A DNA stretch of 64,000 bases from Dictyostelium discoideum (taxonomy: Eukaryota). Position numbers and translations under genes: made by a program. The DNA lies in assembly GCA_000004695.1 (NCBI GenBank), contig CM000150.2:4000001-4064000 (forward strand). Direction: 5' to 3'. The notes under the pieces were generated by a model. That model saw only the letters and a program-made list of their open reading frames with translations. It was not told the DNA's origin and did no database searches. This document shows, one piece after another, positions 13,854 through 25,336 of this stretch (its first letter is position 1; every line of letters begins with the position of its first letter).

Positions 13854-14520
13854 TTATTTTTATTAATATAAAGAATTAAAGTTTAATATATATAGAAAAT
13901 AAATGAAAAATAATTATTAAAAAAAAGTGTTTAAATAGATTTGTTTTTTTAATCCTTTTTTTTTTTTTGTTATTTAAATTTTTAAAAAAATTAAATATTT
14001 CCATTTCAAAACTAACCCCATCGAAATTTAAAATTTCAGACATATTATCTAAAAAAAAACTAATGCTAATAAAAAAAAAAAATAAGTTTTATAAAAGAAA
14101 AAAAATTCTATTTGACTAAAAATAATTCTATTTGACTAAAAATAAAATTACCATCTTGACCAATAAAAATAATTAAATATTTATTAATAGTTATTTTTTT
14201 TTTTTTTTTTAATTCAAAAATAAAAAATGGATGATTACTATTGGAAATTATTAAATTTAAAACCGTTGCAATTTTAAAATTTGTAATATCTTTATAACTT
14301 TTTTTGTTTTTTTTCTTTTTTATTAGAAAGATTAATAATAATAATAATAATAATAATAAATTAACAATAATTAAAAATAATTGGTTTATTTGTACCGAAT
14401 TTTTGGTGGAAAATGAAAAAGTTTTGGAGGGGGATATTTATAAAATAAATTTTTTTTTTTTATTTTTTTAATTTTTCTTGAAAAAAAAAAAAAAAAAAAA
14501 AAAACAAAACAAAAAAAGAA

Positions 14521-14679
14521 ATGAATAATGAAAATCAGATTAATGATAATCCTATAGAATCAAATGATTCAAAACCGACACCAACACCAACACCATCGAA
14601 AACAATAACAGATCAAATGATCGGTTTAACCAACCAAAATGATGTTAATAATATATTAAATTTACAAACTGAAATGTAA
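14521..14679 (+). CDS. Putative 52-aa micro-ORF, intact only in array unit 3 and transcribed divergently from the secreted-protein genes
   Basis: atgaataatgaaaatcag... encodes MNNENQINDNPIESNDSKPTPTPTPSKTITDQMIGLTNQNDVNNILNLQTEM*. The homologous blocks in units 1 and 2 carry early stops or indels. Confidence 0.25.
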   Translation: MNNENQINDNPIESNDSKPTPTPTPSKTITDQMIGLTNQNDVNNILNLQTEM

Positions 14680-14864
14680 CTTAATATTAATATTTTTATA
14701 TATATATATATATCAATAAATATATTCGTTACATATACTATATCGCAATAATTAAATTATAATAAAAGTTTTCTAACAATATATATTTTATCATTACTCA
14801 TTCTGTCTATCTCCCTCTTACTAAAACATTATTTAGATTAAAAAAACAATATGAAACCAATCAT

Positions 14865-15187
14865 ATGTTATCACACTTCAATGAATATTCATCTCAAAAA
14901 TATCATCAAATGTCTAGCGATTTTGAAAAGCATACAAAAATGTTAAAAGAAATGAAAAAAGATTTAGATTATATATTTAAAAAAACAAGGTAAATATTTA
15001 TAAATTATTCCTATTATTATTATTATTATCATTTAATTTAATAAATACTTTATTTATTATTTTATTAATTATTACTTTATTTATTTACAGAAATTTACAA
15101 ATATTATTAAATGAAAAATTTCAAATACCTGGCGTAACTGATCAATACAATGAAGAAGAAGATGAAGATGATGATGGTGATAATTAA
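14865..15187 (+). CDS. KxDL-motif-containing protein (KXD1/BORC-subunit-like), 73 aa
   Basis: Exon 1 is 14865..14989 and encodes MLSHFNEYSSQKYHQMSSDFEKHTKMLKEMKKDLDYIFKKT. A GTAAAT...ttatttacAG intron follows. Exon 2 is 15091..15187 and ends in an acidic tail (EEEDEDDDGDN). The KDLDYIFKK segment matches the KxDL signature. Confidence 0.5.
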
Positions 15188-15345
15188 ATAATAATTAAAT
15201 TGTAAAAGTAAAAATAATAATAATAATAAAATGATCATTTGTATATAAATATAGAATCAATAAAATTTTAGAAAATAAAAAAAAAAAAAACAATGTTATA
15301 TTTGGTTATGGGTATAAATGTACAATGTATTTTTCTTTTCTTTTT

Positions 15346-15377
<32 letters not shown>

Positions 15378-15408
15378 TATATATTGTTTTTTTTTTTTTT
15401 TTTTATAT

Positions 15409-15779
15409 TTATTGTTGTTGTTTTAAATTTGCTGTCCATTTTTCAACATTAAAATTTTGATATTTCTTTACAAATTCATGATTCTAAAGGATAAAAATAA
15501 AAAAAAAGAAATTGGTTAATATTAAATAGTGATTATTAAATAAATTTTTTTTTTTTTTTTTTAAAAAATAAAAACATACTAATAAGTTTGAAGCTGTTGG
15601 TCTTTCAGTTGGTTCTTTTTGTAAACATTCAGAAATGAATGACCTAAATTCCTTTGAAAAAGTTGATGGTAAAATTGGTACCTCTTCTTTTACGATACAA
15701 TCTAAAAGTACCCAAAATCCCATACCCTCTGGTACACTACTACCACTATCAACTAATCCACCATTGCTTATATCTAATA

Positions 15780-15848
<69 letters not shown>

Positions 15849-17578
15849 TCCTTATATTGTTATTACTATTATTTATATCTAAATTTTGAAGTTGTAATTG
15901 TAATGGTTGTTGTTGTTGTTGCTGTTGTTGTTGCTGTTGTTGTAATGGTTGTTGTTGTTGTTGCTGTTGTTGTTGCTGTTGTTGTAATGGTTGTTGTTGT
16001 TGATGTGGTAAATTAGAACCATAAGGGAATTTACCTATTGCGCATTCTAAAATTGTTAAACCTAAACTCCAAATTTCAGAATCGAAAGAATAAGACCTAC
16101 CACTTATACGTTCAGGAGACATATAGGTGACAGTACCAACCCAAGTTACAGCCTTTGAGAGAGTATGTTGTAATTGACCACTAACACCGAAATCTGCAAT
16201 CTTTGCTTCACCTTTATTGTTTACCAGAATATTTGAAGGTTTAATATCACGATGAATTAAATGTAACTTTCTGTGAAGGTAAACTAAACCTTGTAACACT
16301 TGAAATGCGATTTTACCCAAAACCGGTTCAGGAATGGTCGAAGTTTTCTTCATGATATCACTTAGTGATCCAAGTTCCATGAATTCCAATGCAATGAAAA
16401 TTGAGCCCTCTGTATAGAATGCATCATAAAATGAAACTATATATGGATAAGAGGTCTTGTGTAATGTCTTTAGCTCCAATATAATCTGTTTTCTAATATT
16501 CTCTTGAATATCCAATGTTATCACTTTCAATGCAATATATGTACCAGATGTTTCATGATATGCTAACTTTACAACACCACCTGCTCCTCTTCCTAATACT
16601 CTTATTATTTTTAAATCTTTTAAATCATATGATAAATTTGTATCATACTTTTAAAAAATAAAGAAGGGAGAGAAAAAAAAAAAAAAAATAATTAATAAAT
16701 TATAATAAATATATATAAATATATATATATATATAAAATTTAAAATATTTACATGTGGGTGATTATTAGCACTATTATTTAAATAATTATTACTACTACC
16801 ACTACTACTTATATCAAATGAAGAATTTGATGATGATTGTAATGCATTAAAATTATTGAAATTATTATTATTACCATAATTATTGTAGTTATTAAAATTA
16901 TTAAAATTATTATTACTATTATTATAATTATTATTATTATTATTACTATTATTATTATTATTATAATTATTATAATTATTATTATTATTATAATAATTTG
17001 TAAATGTATTATTAAAAGAATGTGAAGAAGTTGGTGTTGATATTGAAATACCAGATAGTTGAGGTGAATCAATACCATTATTCATAAGATTATTAAAATT
17101 ATTAAGATTATTGTTATTATTATTATTATTGTTGTTGTTGTTGTTGTTATAAAATCCTTGATTGAAATCCATACTTTCAGAAGAAGTTGGTGAAGCTAAC
17201 AACTGTGGGTTTAAATTTGAATGAAGTGATTTATTTTTATTTCTATCATTTACTGAACTGTTTTTTGGTGATTCACCTTTAATTAATAATCCTTTTTTGT
17301 TAATTAATAAATCACCTTCTTTAAATGTACCACTTGTAGTTCTTTTTAAATTTTTTTTATTTTTGTTTTATTTTTTTTAATTATATTTTCAATAATTAAT
17401 ATTTATTTACTTAAATTTTTAAAAAATTAAAATTATATTAATACATACAATGAATAACTATTTTCATTATTTTGAACAGGTGTTTCAACTTTTAAATTCA
17501 CTTTTTTACCAGTTTTAACTCCGACCGCATTATTATTATTATTATTATTATTACTACTATTATTATTACTATTATTAC

Positions 17579-17622
<44 letters not shown>

Positions 17623-17699
17623 TTATTAGTGGTGGGTGTATTAATGATATTATTACCACTACTACTTATATTTGTATTTGTATTTGTATTTGTATTCAT
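15409..17699 (-). CDS. mekA: MAP kinase kinase (MEK1-type dual-specificity kinase) with a long low-complexity N-terminus and a poly-Gln/Asn insert in the kinase domain
   Basis: Four exons on the minus strand: 17699..17449, 17341..16753, 16647..15580 and 15483..15409. The phases are consistent with ORF-track ORFs 17433-17699, 16651-17202 and 15484-16530, giving about 660 aa. Kinase motifs are GRGAGGVV, ALK, HRDIKPSNILV, DFGVSGQ, and the MAPKK hallmark VGTVTYMSPER, with a C-terminal NHEFVKKY. The mekA symbol is a tentative match to D. discoideum MEK1. Confidence 0.7.
15780..15990. repeat. (ATT/AAT)n plus (CAA/CAG)n coding microsatellites, poly-Asn and poly-Gln, inside the kinase domain exon
   Basis: Runs of att/aat codons are followed by repeated ttgttgttgctg units. 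The encoded sequence is NNNNNNNNNNNN and QQQQQQQQPLQQQQ. Confidence 0.85.
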
Positions 17700-17716
17700 A
17701 ATTATTATTTTTTGTT

Positions 17717-17768
<52 letters not shown>

Positions 17769-18085
17769 TAAAAATAAAAATAAAATATATATATATAAAA
17801 AATATTTTATTTTATTTTGTTCAAAAAGAAGAAAAAAAAAATCTTAAAATAAAAAAAATTTTTTCATTTTTTTTTTTTTTTTTTTTTAAAAATGTATGAT
17901 ATAATTTCAATTATTTCACAACAACTTTTTTTTTTTTTTCTTTTTGATCAAATTAAATTAAAAAAAAAAAAAGTGAGCAGTATTAATTTTAAAATATGGA
18001 TTAAAGAATATCAAAATTTTATGTTTATCTGTTTTGAAATCATTTAAAATTTTCAAATAGCAATAAATGGTAAGATAACTTTTTA

Positions 18086-18135
<50 letters not shown>

Positions 18136-18170
18136 CAAGAAAACAAAAGAGGCTTTACGACACTTTGGGT

Positions 18171-18321
18171 TGCAATTGCTCAAAAATTTCCGTCTAATTG
18201 TCCTAGCTATATGCTATTCTCAATAATTGTATTACTTTTATATTAAATAAATAATACTATTTTTGAGAATTGTCATTTTTGCTAAGACAATTAGATGGAA
18301 AATTTTGAAAAATTGTAATTC
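18171..18321. other. About 150-bp imperfect inverted repeat (long hairpin / TIR-like structure) in the mekA-to-JmjC intergenic region
   Basis: The left arm is gcaattgctcaaaaatttccgtctaattgtcctagc (18171-18207). The right arm is gctaagacaattagatggaaaattttgaaaaattgtaattc (18281-18321), whose reverse complement matches the left arm at about 25/27 positions in the core. The inner loop contains a nested partial palindrome (ctcaataattgtatta / taatactatttttgagaattg). Confidence 0.5.
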
Positions 18322-18523
18322 AAATCATTAGGTACCAACTCAAGATTCACAAGATGACCAAGTAATTGAACCAGGATGTTGATATGCCAGTAGATTGCAA
18401 TGCGATGCAGCAGATTCTGCAAAAATGAATAAAATACAAATAAATAATAAAAACTAATAATTTAATACAAAAAATAAAAAAGGTGTTTATTTTTCTTTTT
18501 ATTTATTTAATTTCTTTTTTATA

Positions 18524-18566
<43 letters not shown>

Positions 18567-18579
18567 TTCTTTATTATTT

Positions 18580-21529
18580 TTATACATCTAAATTCCAAAT
18601 TGAATTTGCTAATTCATCAATTGTTTGATAATTTCTAAGTAATGGATTATGTCTTGCAGCAGTTGTAAAAGCATCACAATGATGAATTAAAGTATATTGC
18701 ATAGCTCTTTTAATGAAATTTTGAGGATTTTCATTATAATAATCTAACCAACTCTTTTCATTTTCTTTGTTTGAATTTGGTAAAAGATATTTTGATAAGA
18801 AAGATTTTAATCTAACTTTATCCAATGCGAAGACCGAGATATAAAGTGAAACCAATTCATACCAACGATCACCAATTTTTGAGTCACCCCAATCAATTAA
18901 ATATTTTGGATCCCAAATTTTAATAGTTTTCTTTACTTCAACAAGTTTACAATCTTGATCGTCATTGTTTTTGCCTTTTTGATTTAACTGTTTTAATCTT
19001 GACGCTAAAGAATTCTTAATACCTTTTTTAGCAGATTTTGAAGTTTTATTTAATTTTTTAATTTTCTCTAATACTATTATTTCAGAGGTTGATTCAATAC
19101 CTAAAACATTTTCATCAGTTAAATCTGCATGAATAAAACATGGATCCATTGAATAATCTATTAATTCAGTTTTATCAATTGGTAAATAACTAGCCAATTG
19201 TGAACGAAGATGTGGAGGTAAACCATTCCAATTCCAATGATTTGAAATATATTTTGAATCAAGTGATAATAATTGATTTTTCCAAGGTAACCATTTATCT
19301 TTCTTATATTCATTTAATAATGATTTAATATTATCATCAATTAAAATTGATTGTTTTTCATTATTTTCAATATTATTATTATTATTATTATTATCATCAA
19401 TTTCAATTGAATGAATTAATGATACTTTTTCAACTAAGAAATCAACTAAATTGTCATCTAATACTTTAATATCTTCTTCTTCATCATCTTCGTCATTCTC
19501 ATCATCATTTTCATCTTCTTCAGGTGGTGATGGATATGGATAAGGTAATGAATCTGGTACAGGTTGAACATCTTGTAAATTTAAAGTATCTTTTAAATAT
19601 TCTGTTACAATGTACGGCCATTTCCATTCACATTGTAATTTATCACCTAATAAATCTTTAATATTACCATATGATAATAACTTTGGAAATGTTGAATTTA
19701 ATTTTGAATTCTCTTTAATCTTTGAATATAAGAATAACTCTGTTGACCATGACTTTTCACCACCCAATTCTGAACAATATAATTTAATAACATATTTTTC
19801 ATCAACAATGAAAACTGGACTTTGACCTGAATTTGGCATTTCTAAATATAATGTTGATTCTTTTGGTGGTAATTTAATTTGTTTTGATTTTACTTTTAAA
19901 TCTGAATCATCATCCTCATCCTCATCATATTTTTTACGATTTTCTTCTTTTTTTTTTAATTCTTCTTCTTCCTTTTCTTCATTTTTATTAATATTTGTTG
20001 TATTTATAAGTTCATCATTATCATTATTATTATTATTATTAATTATAATTGGTTTTTCATTAAATTTTAAATTTGAATTATTTAAAATTGATTTAATAAT
20101 TAAATCCCAATAATCTGTATCATCAAATGAATGAGTGAATTGATCATTTTTAAATTCAAATTGATTGAATTTATTTTGAAAATCAGGACGTGAAGTTAAG
20201 AGATGTTTTTTAAAATCATCATAATCTTTTTTTTGATCATTTGCTAAATCGGAACAAACTTCATCGAAATTTTGAGAATTACAAAAGTTTTGAGTTACTG
20301 CAATCGATTGTTCCATATTTAAAACCATATGCCACCAACCACCTGGTACGAATATAGTTTCACCAGGTTCTTGAATACATTCAATTGGACGATAGTCTGG
20401 TGGTAGGTAAGGGTAAACCTCTAATAGCCAAAGTAGGGATGGAGGTGAACCGTAGATTTTATCAACTACTTCGTCCGACTCTACTGTGTATGGTGTGAAA
20501 TTGGGTGGATACATTAACCAACGCTTTCTGCCAGATATTAGCGAATTCCAGGCACTCGTGCCGGCAGGGTCGATGTGCCACGAAGCACCGCTTCTCTCTG
20601 GACCGATTACAATCCATCGGAAATGGGGTCTGTGCTCTTCGCCATTATATTTAAATAAATCTTCAGGAAAGAATTTAGGTATATTATAATCGTCCAATAG
20701 TGATGGCACTTTCTCGCCAAATGCCTGATCGAATACATACAATGGCTCCTCATCAGTCTGAGTCTTCATATATTGACAATAGTCCCTAAACGTCATTTGA
20801 ATACGCTTATTATCCTGATGTGATATCTTGAATACAACATCACCACATCTCTCTATCAATCTCTCCTCTGACCATTCATTCTTCTCCATCATTGGTGTAC
20901 CTCTCTGTGCATTCTTAAATATAACCGGTATCGATGGTATCTCATACTCCCTTTGGAACTCCTCAACTGTCAACTCATCACTCTCAATATGTTTAACATG
21001 TCCGAAATCAACACCATAGTCTTTAACCTTCATATGTCTTCTTAACCATCTCGTATAAACTTCATGTGAATAGAAATCTAAAGAAAATTAATTAGATTTA
21101 TTTATTAATTCATTCATTCATTCAATCAATATTTTAATGTTATAACTTACCTGGAAAATGTAATGGAATATATGGTTTTTTAAATTTATTAAAAGAATTT
21201 GGATAAAGATATGATAAAGCACTAATTTTCCAATTTTCAATATATTTTACAAATTCTTTTCTACCTTTAATCTCTCTTAGGAATGCATCTTTCCAAAGTC
21301 TATCATCACCTAATAAAATATAAAATGCTGGACTAACACATTGATATTTCAATAGTTCACTACATGTGAATTCATTGAAAACAACGTTCAATAAAATTTG
21401 ATCCTCTAAAATTGATAATGCACCCAATGATTTAGTTCTAAGATCTGTTTCTCCAATTACAACTTTGACACCTTTTGAATTTATAATTTCTTGTTTTTTA
21501 TCTTTTTTATCTGGTCTTTTATAAAATTG

Positions 21530-21580
<51 letters not shown>

Positions 21581-21604
21581 TAATGTGTTTTTAAGAACTA
21601 CCAT
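18580..21604 (-). CDS. Three-domain fusion protein of about 980 aa: F-box, JmjC (JMJD6/PSR-like cupin), and APH/choline-kinase-like phosphotransferase fold
   Basis: Exon 1 is 21604..~21151 and carries an F-box-like motif (LSILEDQILLNVVFNEFTCSELLKYQCVSPAFYILLGDDRLWK). A GTAAGT...ctttAG phase-1 intron follows. Exon 2 is 21077..18580. The JmjC motifs are HIDPAGTSAWNSLISGRKRWLMYPP and FVPGGWWHMVLN. The C-terminal region carries APH-like motifs (FIHADLTDENV, IDWGDS). Confidence 0.7.
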
Positions 21605-21623
21605 TTTATTTTATTTATTATTT

Positions 21624-21656
<33 letters not shown>

Positions 21657-22200
21657 CAATTTATTTAAATTTTTATATAAAAATGAAGTTTTAAAATTAT
21701 ATAGTTTTTTTGAATTAATAAGTAAAAAAAAATAATATTCTTTTATTATTTTTATTATTTTTATTATTTAAAAAATAAAATAAAAAAAAAAAATAAAAAA
21801 ATTCTTTAAAATTTGAAATGTTCCACCTGAGAAAATGGGTCAAATTTTATTAATTTTTTTTTTTTGAAAAAAATATCTTTTAATTTTTATGATAATTAGG
21901 TTCCAACCGATTATTATGATGTATGCACAAATTTTTTAAATGTAAAAAAAAAAAAAAAAAATTAATAAAAAAAAAATAATAATAAAAAAAAATTAATTTT
22001 TTGATATTTTTTTCAAAATAAAAGTTTTTTTTTTTTTTTTTTTTTTTTTATCATTATCAATTTTATTTTCAAGTAAGTGAGAACTTTTTTATGTTAAATT
22101 TCATACTTTAATACTACTTTATAAAATATAAAAAACTAATCGATTTTCTTTAAATTTCATTTTTTTTTTTTTTTTTTTTTTTTTAATCCTATCTTTCTCT

Positions 22201-22237
<37 letters not shown>

Positions 22238-22272
22238 CTTTCTTTTAATTTTAAATTAAACTCAAATAAAGG

Positions 22273-22379
22273 ATGTCAGGTTATCCAAACCAATATCCAC
22301 ATGGTTATCCACAACAAGGGTAAGTTTATTTATATTAATTTTTATTTATATTAATTTTATCATTTTAATTTATTAACAT

Positions 22380-22419
<40 letters not shown>

Positions 22420-22909
22420 TTTAAATAATTCTTAGATACCCACCACAACAAGGTTACCCACCACAACAAGGTTATCCACCACAAGGTTATCCACCACAAC
22501 AAGGTTACCCACCACAAGGTTATCCACCACAACCAGGTTACCCAATGCAACCAGGTTATCCAATGCAACCAGGGTATGTAAATTTAAACAATTGTTTTTA
22601 TTTTATCTTATCTATCCCCCCTCTTCCCCCTCTTCCTTATCTTATTTTATTTTATTTTATTTTATTTTTTTTTTTTTTACCAATATTAATATTTATTTTA
22701 CTTTTAAATAATGTAGTGTTGTAGTTCAACCAAATATGTACCCACAAGGTCATCACACTGCTTATCCAGTTGGTTATGGTCATCATGGTAAATTCAAACA
22801 TAAGGGTTACAAGAAACATCACAAGAAACATAAGGGATTCAAAGGTTTCAAGAAAGGATTCAAAAAAGGATTCAAAGGTTTCAAGAAAACTTTCAAATAC
22901 AAACATTAA
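22273..22909 (+). CDS. Small Gly/Tyr/Pro/Gln-rich protein of about 125 aa: (GYPPQQ)n repeats and a lysine-rich (GFKK)n tail. Member 1 of a local three-gene family.
   Basis: Exons are 22273..22319, 22436..22573 and 22717..22909. Introns are phase 2, with GTAAGT/GTATGT donors. The protein is MSGYPNQYPHGYPQQG|YPPQQGYPPQQGYPPQGYPPQQ...PGYPMQPG|VVVQPNMYPQGHH...HKGFKGFKKGFKKGFKGFKKTFKYKH. The antisense ORF 22652-22906 in the track is an artefact. Confidence 0.55.
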
Positions 22910-22976
22910 GATCTCTTTTTAAAAGAAATGGGTTTTGTTTTATTCTTTTTGTATTTTAATAAATATCAATTAATCC

Positions 22977-23007
<31 letters not shown>

Positions 23008-23305
23008 ACAAACGAGATTGTATATTATCTTTTTTTTTTTAAAAAAAAAAAAAAAAACAGTTTGAATTTTTATTTTAATAAATTCCATCTTTGGAATTGT
23101 TTTTACCTTTTGATGATAAAAAAAAAAAAAAAAAACATTGAAAATTTTATTAATTTAATAACTCCATCTTTGGAATTGTTTTTACCAATCTATAATAATT
23201 AATTTTTTATTATTATATTTTTTTCATTACTTTTTTTTGTTTTTTTTTTTTGTTTTTTTTTAATATTTAAACATTCAACAAAAGATTTTAAATACTTATT
23301 TCTTT

Positions 23306-23345
<40 letters not shown>

Positions 23346-23400
23346 AAACCAAATAAATTAAATAATAGATAAATAATTAATTAAATTTTACAACATTAAA

Positions 23401-23804
23401 ATGTCAAATCCACCATCCATTCCAGTGTATGTACCAAAAAAAAAAATTAAAAAATAAAAAAAAAAAAATAATTTACTAATACAAAAATTTAAATAAAAAT
23501 TATAGAAACACTGGGTTTGTTTTCAAAAAAAAAAAATTTTAAATTTAACATAATATTATTAAATAATTTAATTATTTTAACATTGTATTATTGATATAAT
23601 TTTATTTTTAAAATTAATAGATTAATTACACCAGATATGTATCCTCATGGTAAACATTCAAGTACTGGATTAACAGGTTCTCACCATAATAAAGGAAAAG
23701 GAAAAGGAAAAGGAAAAATAATGGGAAAAGGTTTTAAACATAAAAGAGGTTTAAGTTTTAAACATAATCCAATCTCAAAAGGAATTAAAAAAATTTTCAA
23801 ATAA
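23401..23804 (+). CDS. Small Pro/Gly-rich lysine-tailed protein (about 70 aa), paralog 2
   Basis: Exon 1 is 23401..23426 (MSNPPSIP). The intron has a GTATGT donor and ..aattaatAG acceptor. Exon 2 is 23621..23804 (LITPDMYPHGKHSSTGLTGSHHNKGKGKGKGKIMGKGFKHKRGLSFKHNPISKGIKKIFK*). The shared MYP.G.H core and basic tail match paralog 1. Confidence 0.5.
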
Positions 23805-24275
23805 AGAAGTTCATCATTTTGATTTTATAAAAAATAAATAAATAAATAAATTCATTTTTTTTTACTCAATTTATAATTTTTTTTTAATTTTTTTTTAATT
23901 TTTTTTTTGTTTTTAATAATTAGTAATTAGTAATTTTAATACTCATATTTAAAATGTTTAAGATAATTAAAAAAAAAAATTAAAATAAAATAAAATAAAT
24001 TTTTATTTTATTATTGTTATTATTTAAACATAAACAATTGTAAATTTATTTTTTTTTATTTTTTTTTTTTTCAAAGAAATGACACAAAAAGGTACCTTTA
24101 GGGTTTTCAATTAATTTTTTTTTTTTTTAAATTAATTTTCTAATTTTTTTTTTTTTTTTAAATTTTTTTTATTTTTTTTTAAATTAAAAAAAAAAAAAAA
24201 AAAAAAAAGATTTTTGTACTTATTCACACAAAATTAATTTTTATTAAACTTATATATTTCAAACAATTAAATAAA

Positions 24276-24616
24276 ATGTATCCATATAATAATCAAGGTT
24301 ATCCACCAGGGTAAGTAAAAATTATTTTTATTTTTTTTTTTTTTTTATCTTTCTGATACAAGTTCATTTATTAATTTATTTATTCTTTCTTTCTTTAATT
24401 ATAGCTACATTCCACCACAAGTTGGCATGCCAGGGTAAATAGCAATTATTTTTGCCTTTTTTTTTTTTATCCATTAAATCTTTATTAACACAAAGTTTAT
24501 TATTTCTTTAAATTTAGCTACATTCCACCTCCACCACAAATGGGTATGCCAGGGTAAATAGCAATTATTTTTTTTTTTTTTTTCTCTTTACTCTTAAAAC
24601 CATTTGTATTGACACA

Positions 24617-24650
<34 letters not shown>

Positions 24651-24998
24651 CTACTCTTTCTTTAATCCAGTTATATTCCACCACCTGTAGGTGTAGTTCC
24701 AATGCCACAAATGGGTATGCCAGGATGTCCACCAATGGTAGTTCCAATGCAACCACTTCCAGGACAATACCCAATGGGTGCTCCTTATCCATACAGTGGA
24801 GGCTATGGCTATGGTTATCGTGGTCACAAATTTAAGAAATTTAAAGTTTGTATTTAAAATAATAAAAAAAAAAAAAAAAATCAACAAATAGATTTTAAAA
24901 TACTAACTTTTTTTTTTTTTTTATTAAAAATAATAAAAATAATATTAAATATTAAATAGGGTTATAAAGGTTTCAAAAAAGGATACTATCGTTATTAG
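24276..24998 (+). CDS. Small Pro/Gly/Tyr-rich lysine-tailed protein (about 100 aa), paralog 3, built from five exons including two 30-36-nt micro-exons
   Basis: Exons are 24276..24310, 24405..24434, 24518..24553, 24671..24845 and 24960..24998. Exons 1-3 each end ...ccaGG|GTAAxT in phase 2, and each encodes one ...YIPPP(Q)(V/M)GMPG unit. The tail is HKFKKFKGYKGFKKGYYRY*. The antisense ORFs 24565-24792 and 24651-24887 in the track are artefacts. Confidence 0.5.
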
Positions 24999-25281
24999 AA
25001 TAATTAAAACTCTACTTTTTTTGTAAACATATTAATTCCTTTTTTTTTTTTTTTACATTTTCAAAACTTCAAAACTAAAATAAATTGTAAATTAACTTTA
25101 TATGACTCTTAAACTAAAAAACTATCACTTTTGTTTTGGTTTTTTTTTTTTTTTTTTTAATTTTTTTTTTTTTTTGATTTTTTTTAAAATCGAAAAAGAG
25201 GACAATATTATCGAATATATTGAAATAATCCTTTCTAATTAAAAAAAAAAAAGTATTTTTAATTATTTATCTATTTTTCCC

Positions 25282-25336
<55 letters not shown>

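Larger units (their letters stand above)
9700..14700. repeat. Threefold tandem segmental duplication (units of about 1.66-1.95 kb), each unit holding one secreted-protein gene plus conserved flanks
   Basis: Each unit holds the gene copy, a conserved upstream segment (aaagaattaaagtttaatatatagaaaa ... aaatattaaatatttcaatttcaaaa), and a conserved downstream block (aatcctat(g/a)gaatcaaat..caaaac...accatcgaaaaca.taacagatc.aatga..ggtttaaccaa.caaaatgat) at 10745-10860, 12530-12665 and 14545-14645. Confidence 0.8.

Noticed and set aside
9700-14700. Regularly spaced repeats that could be mistaken for a CRISPR-like array
   Set aside because: The repeat units are about 1.7 kb segmental duplications that contain protein genes, in a eukaryotic context. 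They are not short direct repeats with unique spacers.
15635-16016. Plus-strand ORFs rich in L or Y or V (84 and 120 aa)
   Set aside because: They are antisense readings of the poly-Gln/poly-Asn codon repeats inside the MEK kinase exon.
16809-17078. Poly-Ile 89-aa ORF on the minus strand
   Set aside because: It is a frame-shifted reading of the AAT-repeat region of the MEK N-terminal exon. The in-frame partner (16651-17202) joins the kinase.
22652-22906. 84-aa minus-strand ORF
   Set aside because: It is antisense to exon 3 of the small GYPPQQ protein gene. Its periodic FESFLETFES sequence is just the complement of the (GFKK)n codons.
24565-24887. Two overlapping minus-strand ORFs (75 and 78 aa)
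   Set aside because: They are antisense to the exons of the five-exon Pro/Gly-rich gene. They have no start context and span intron sequence.
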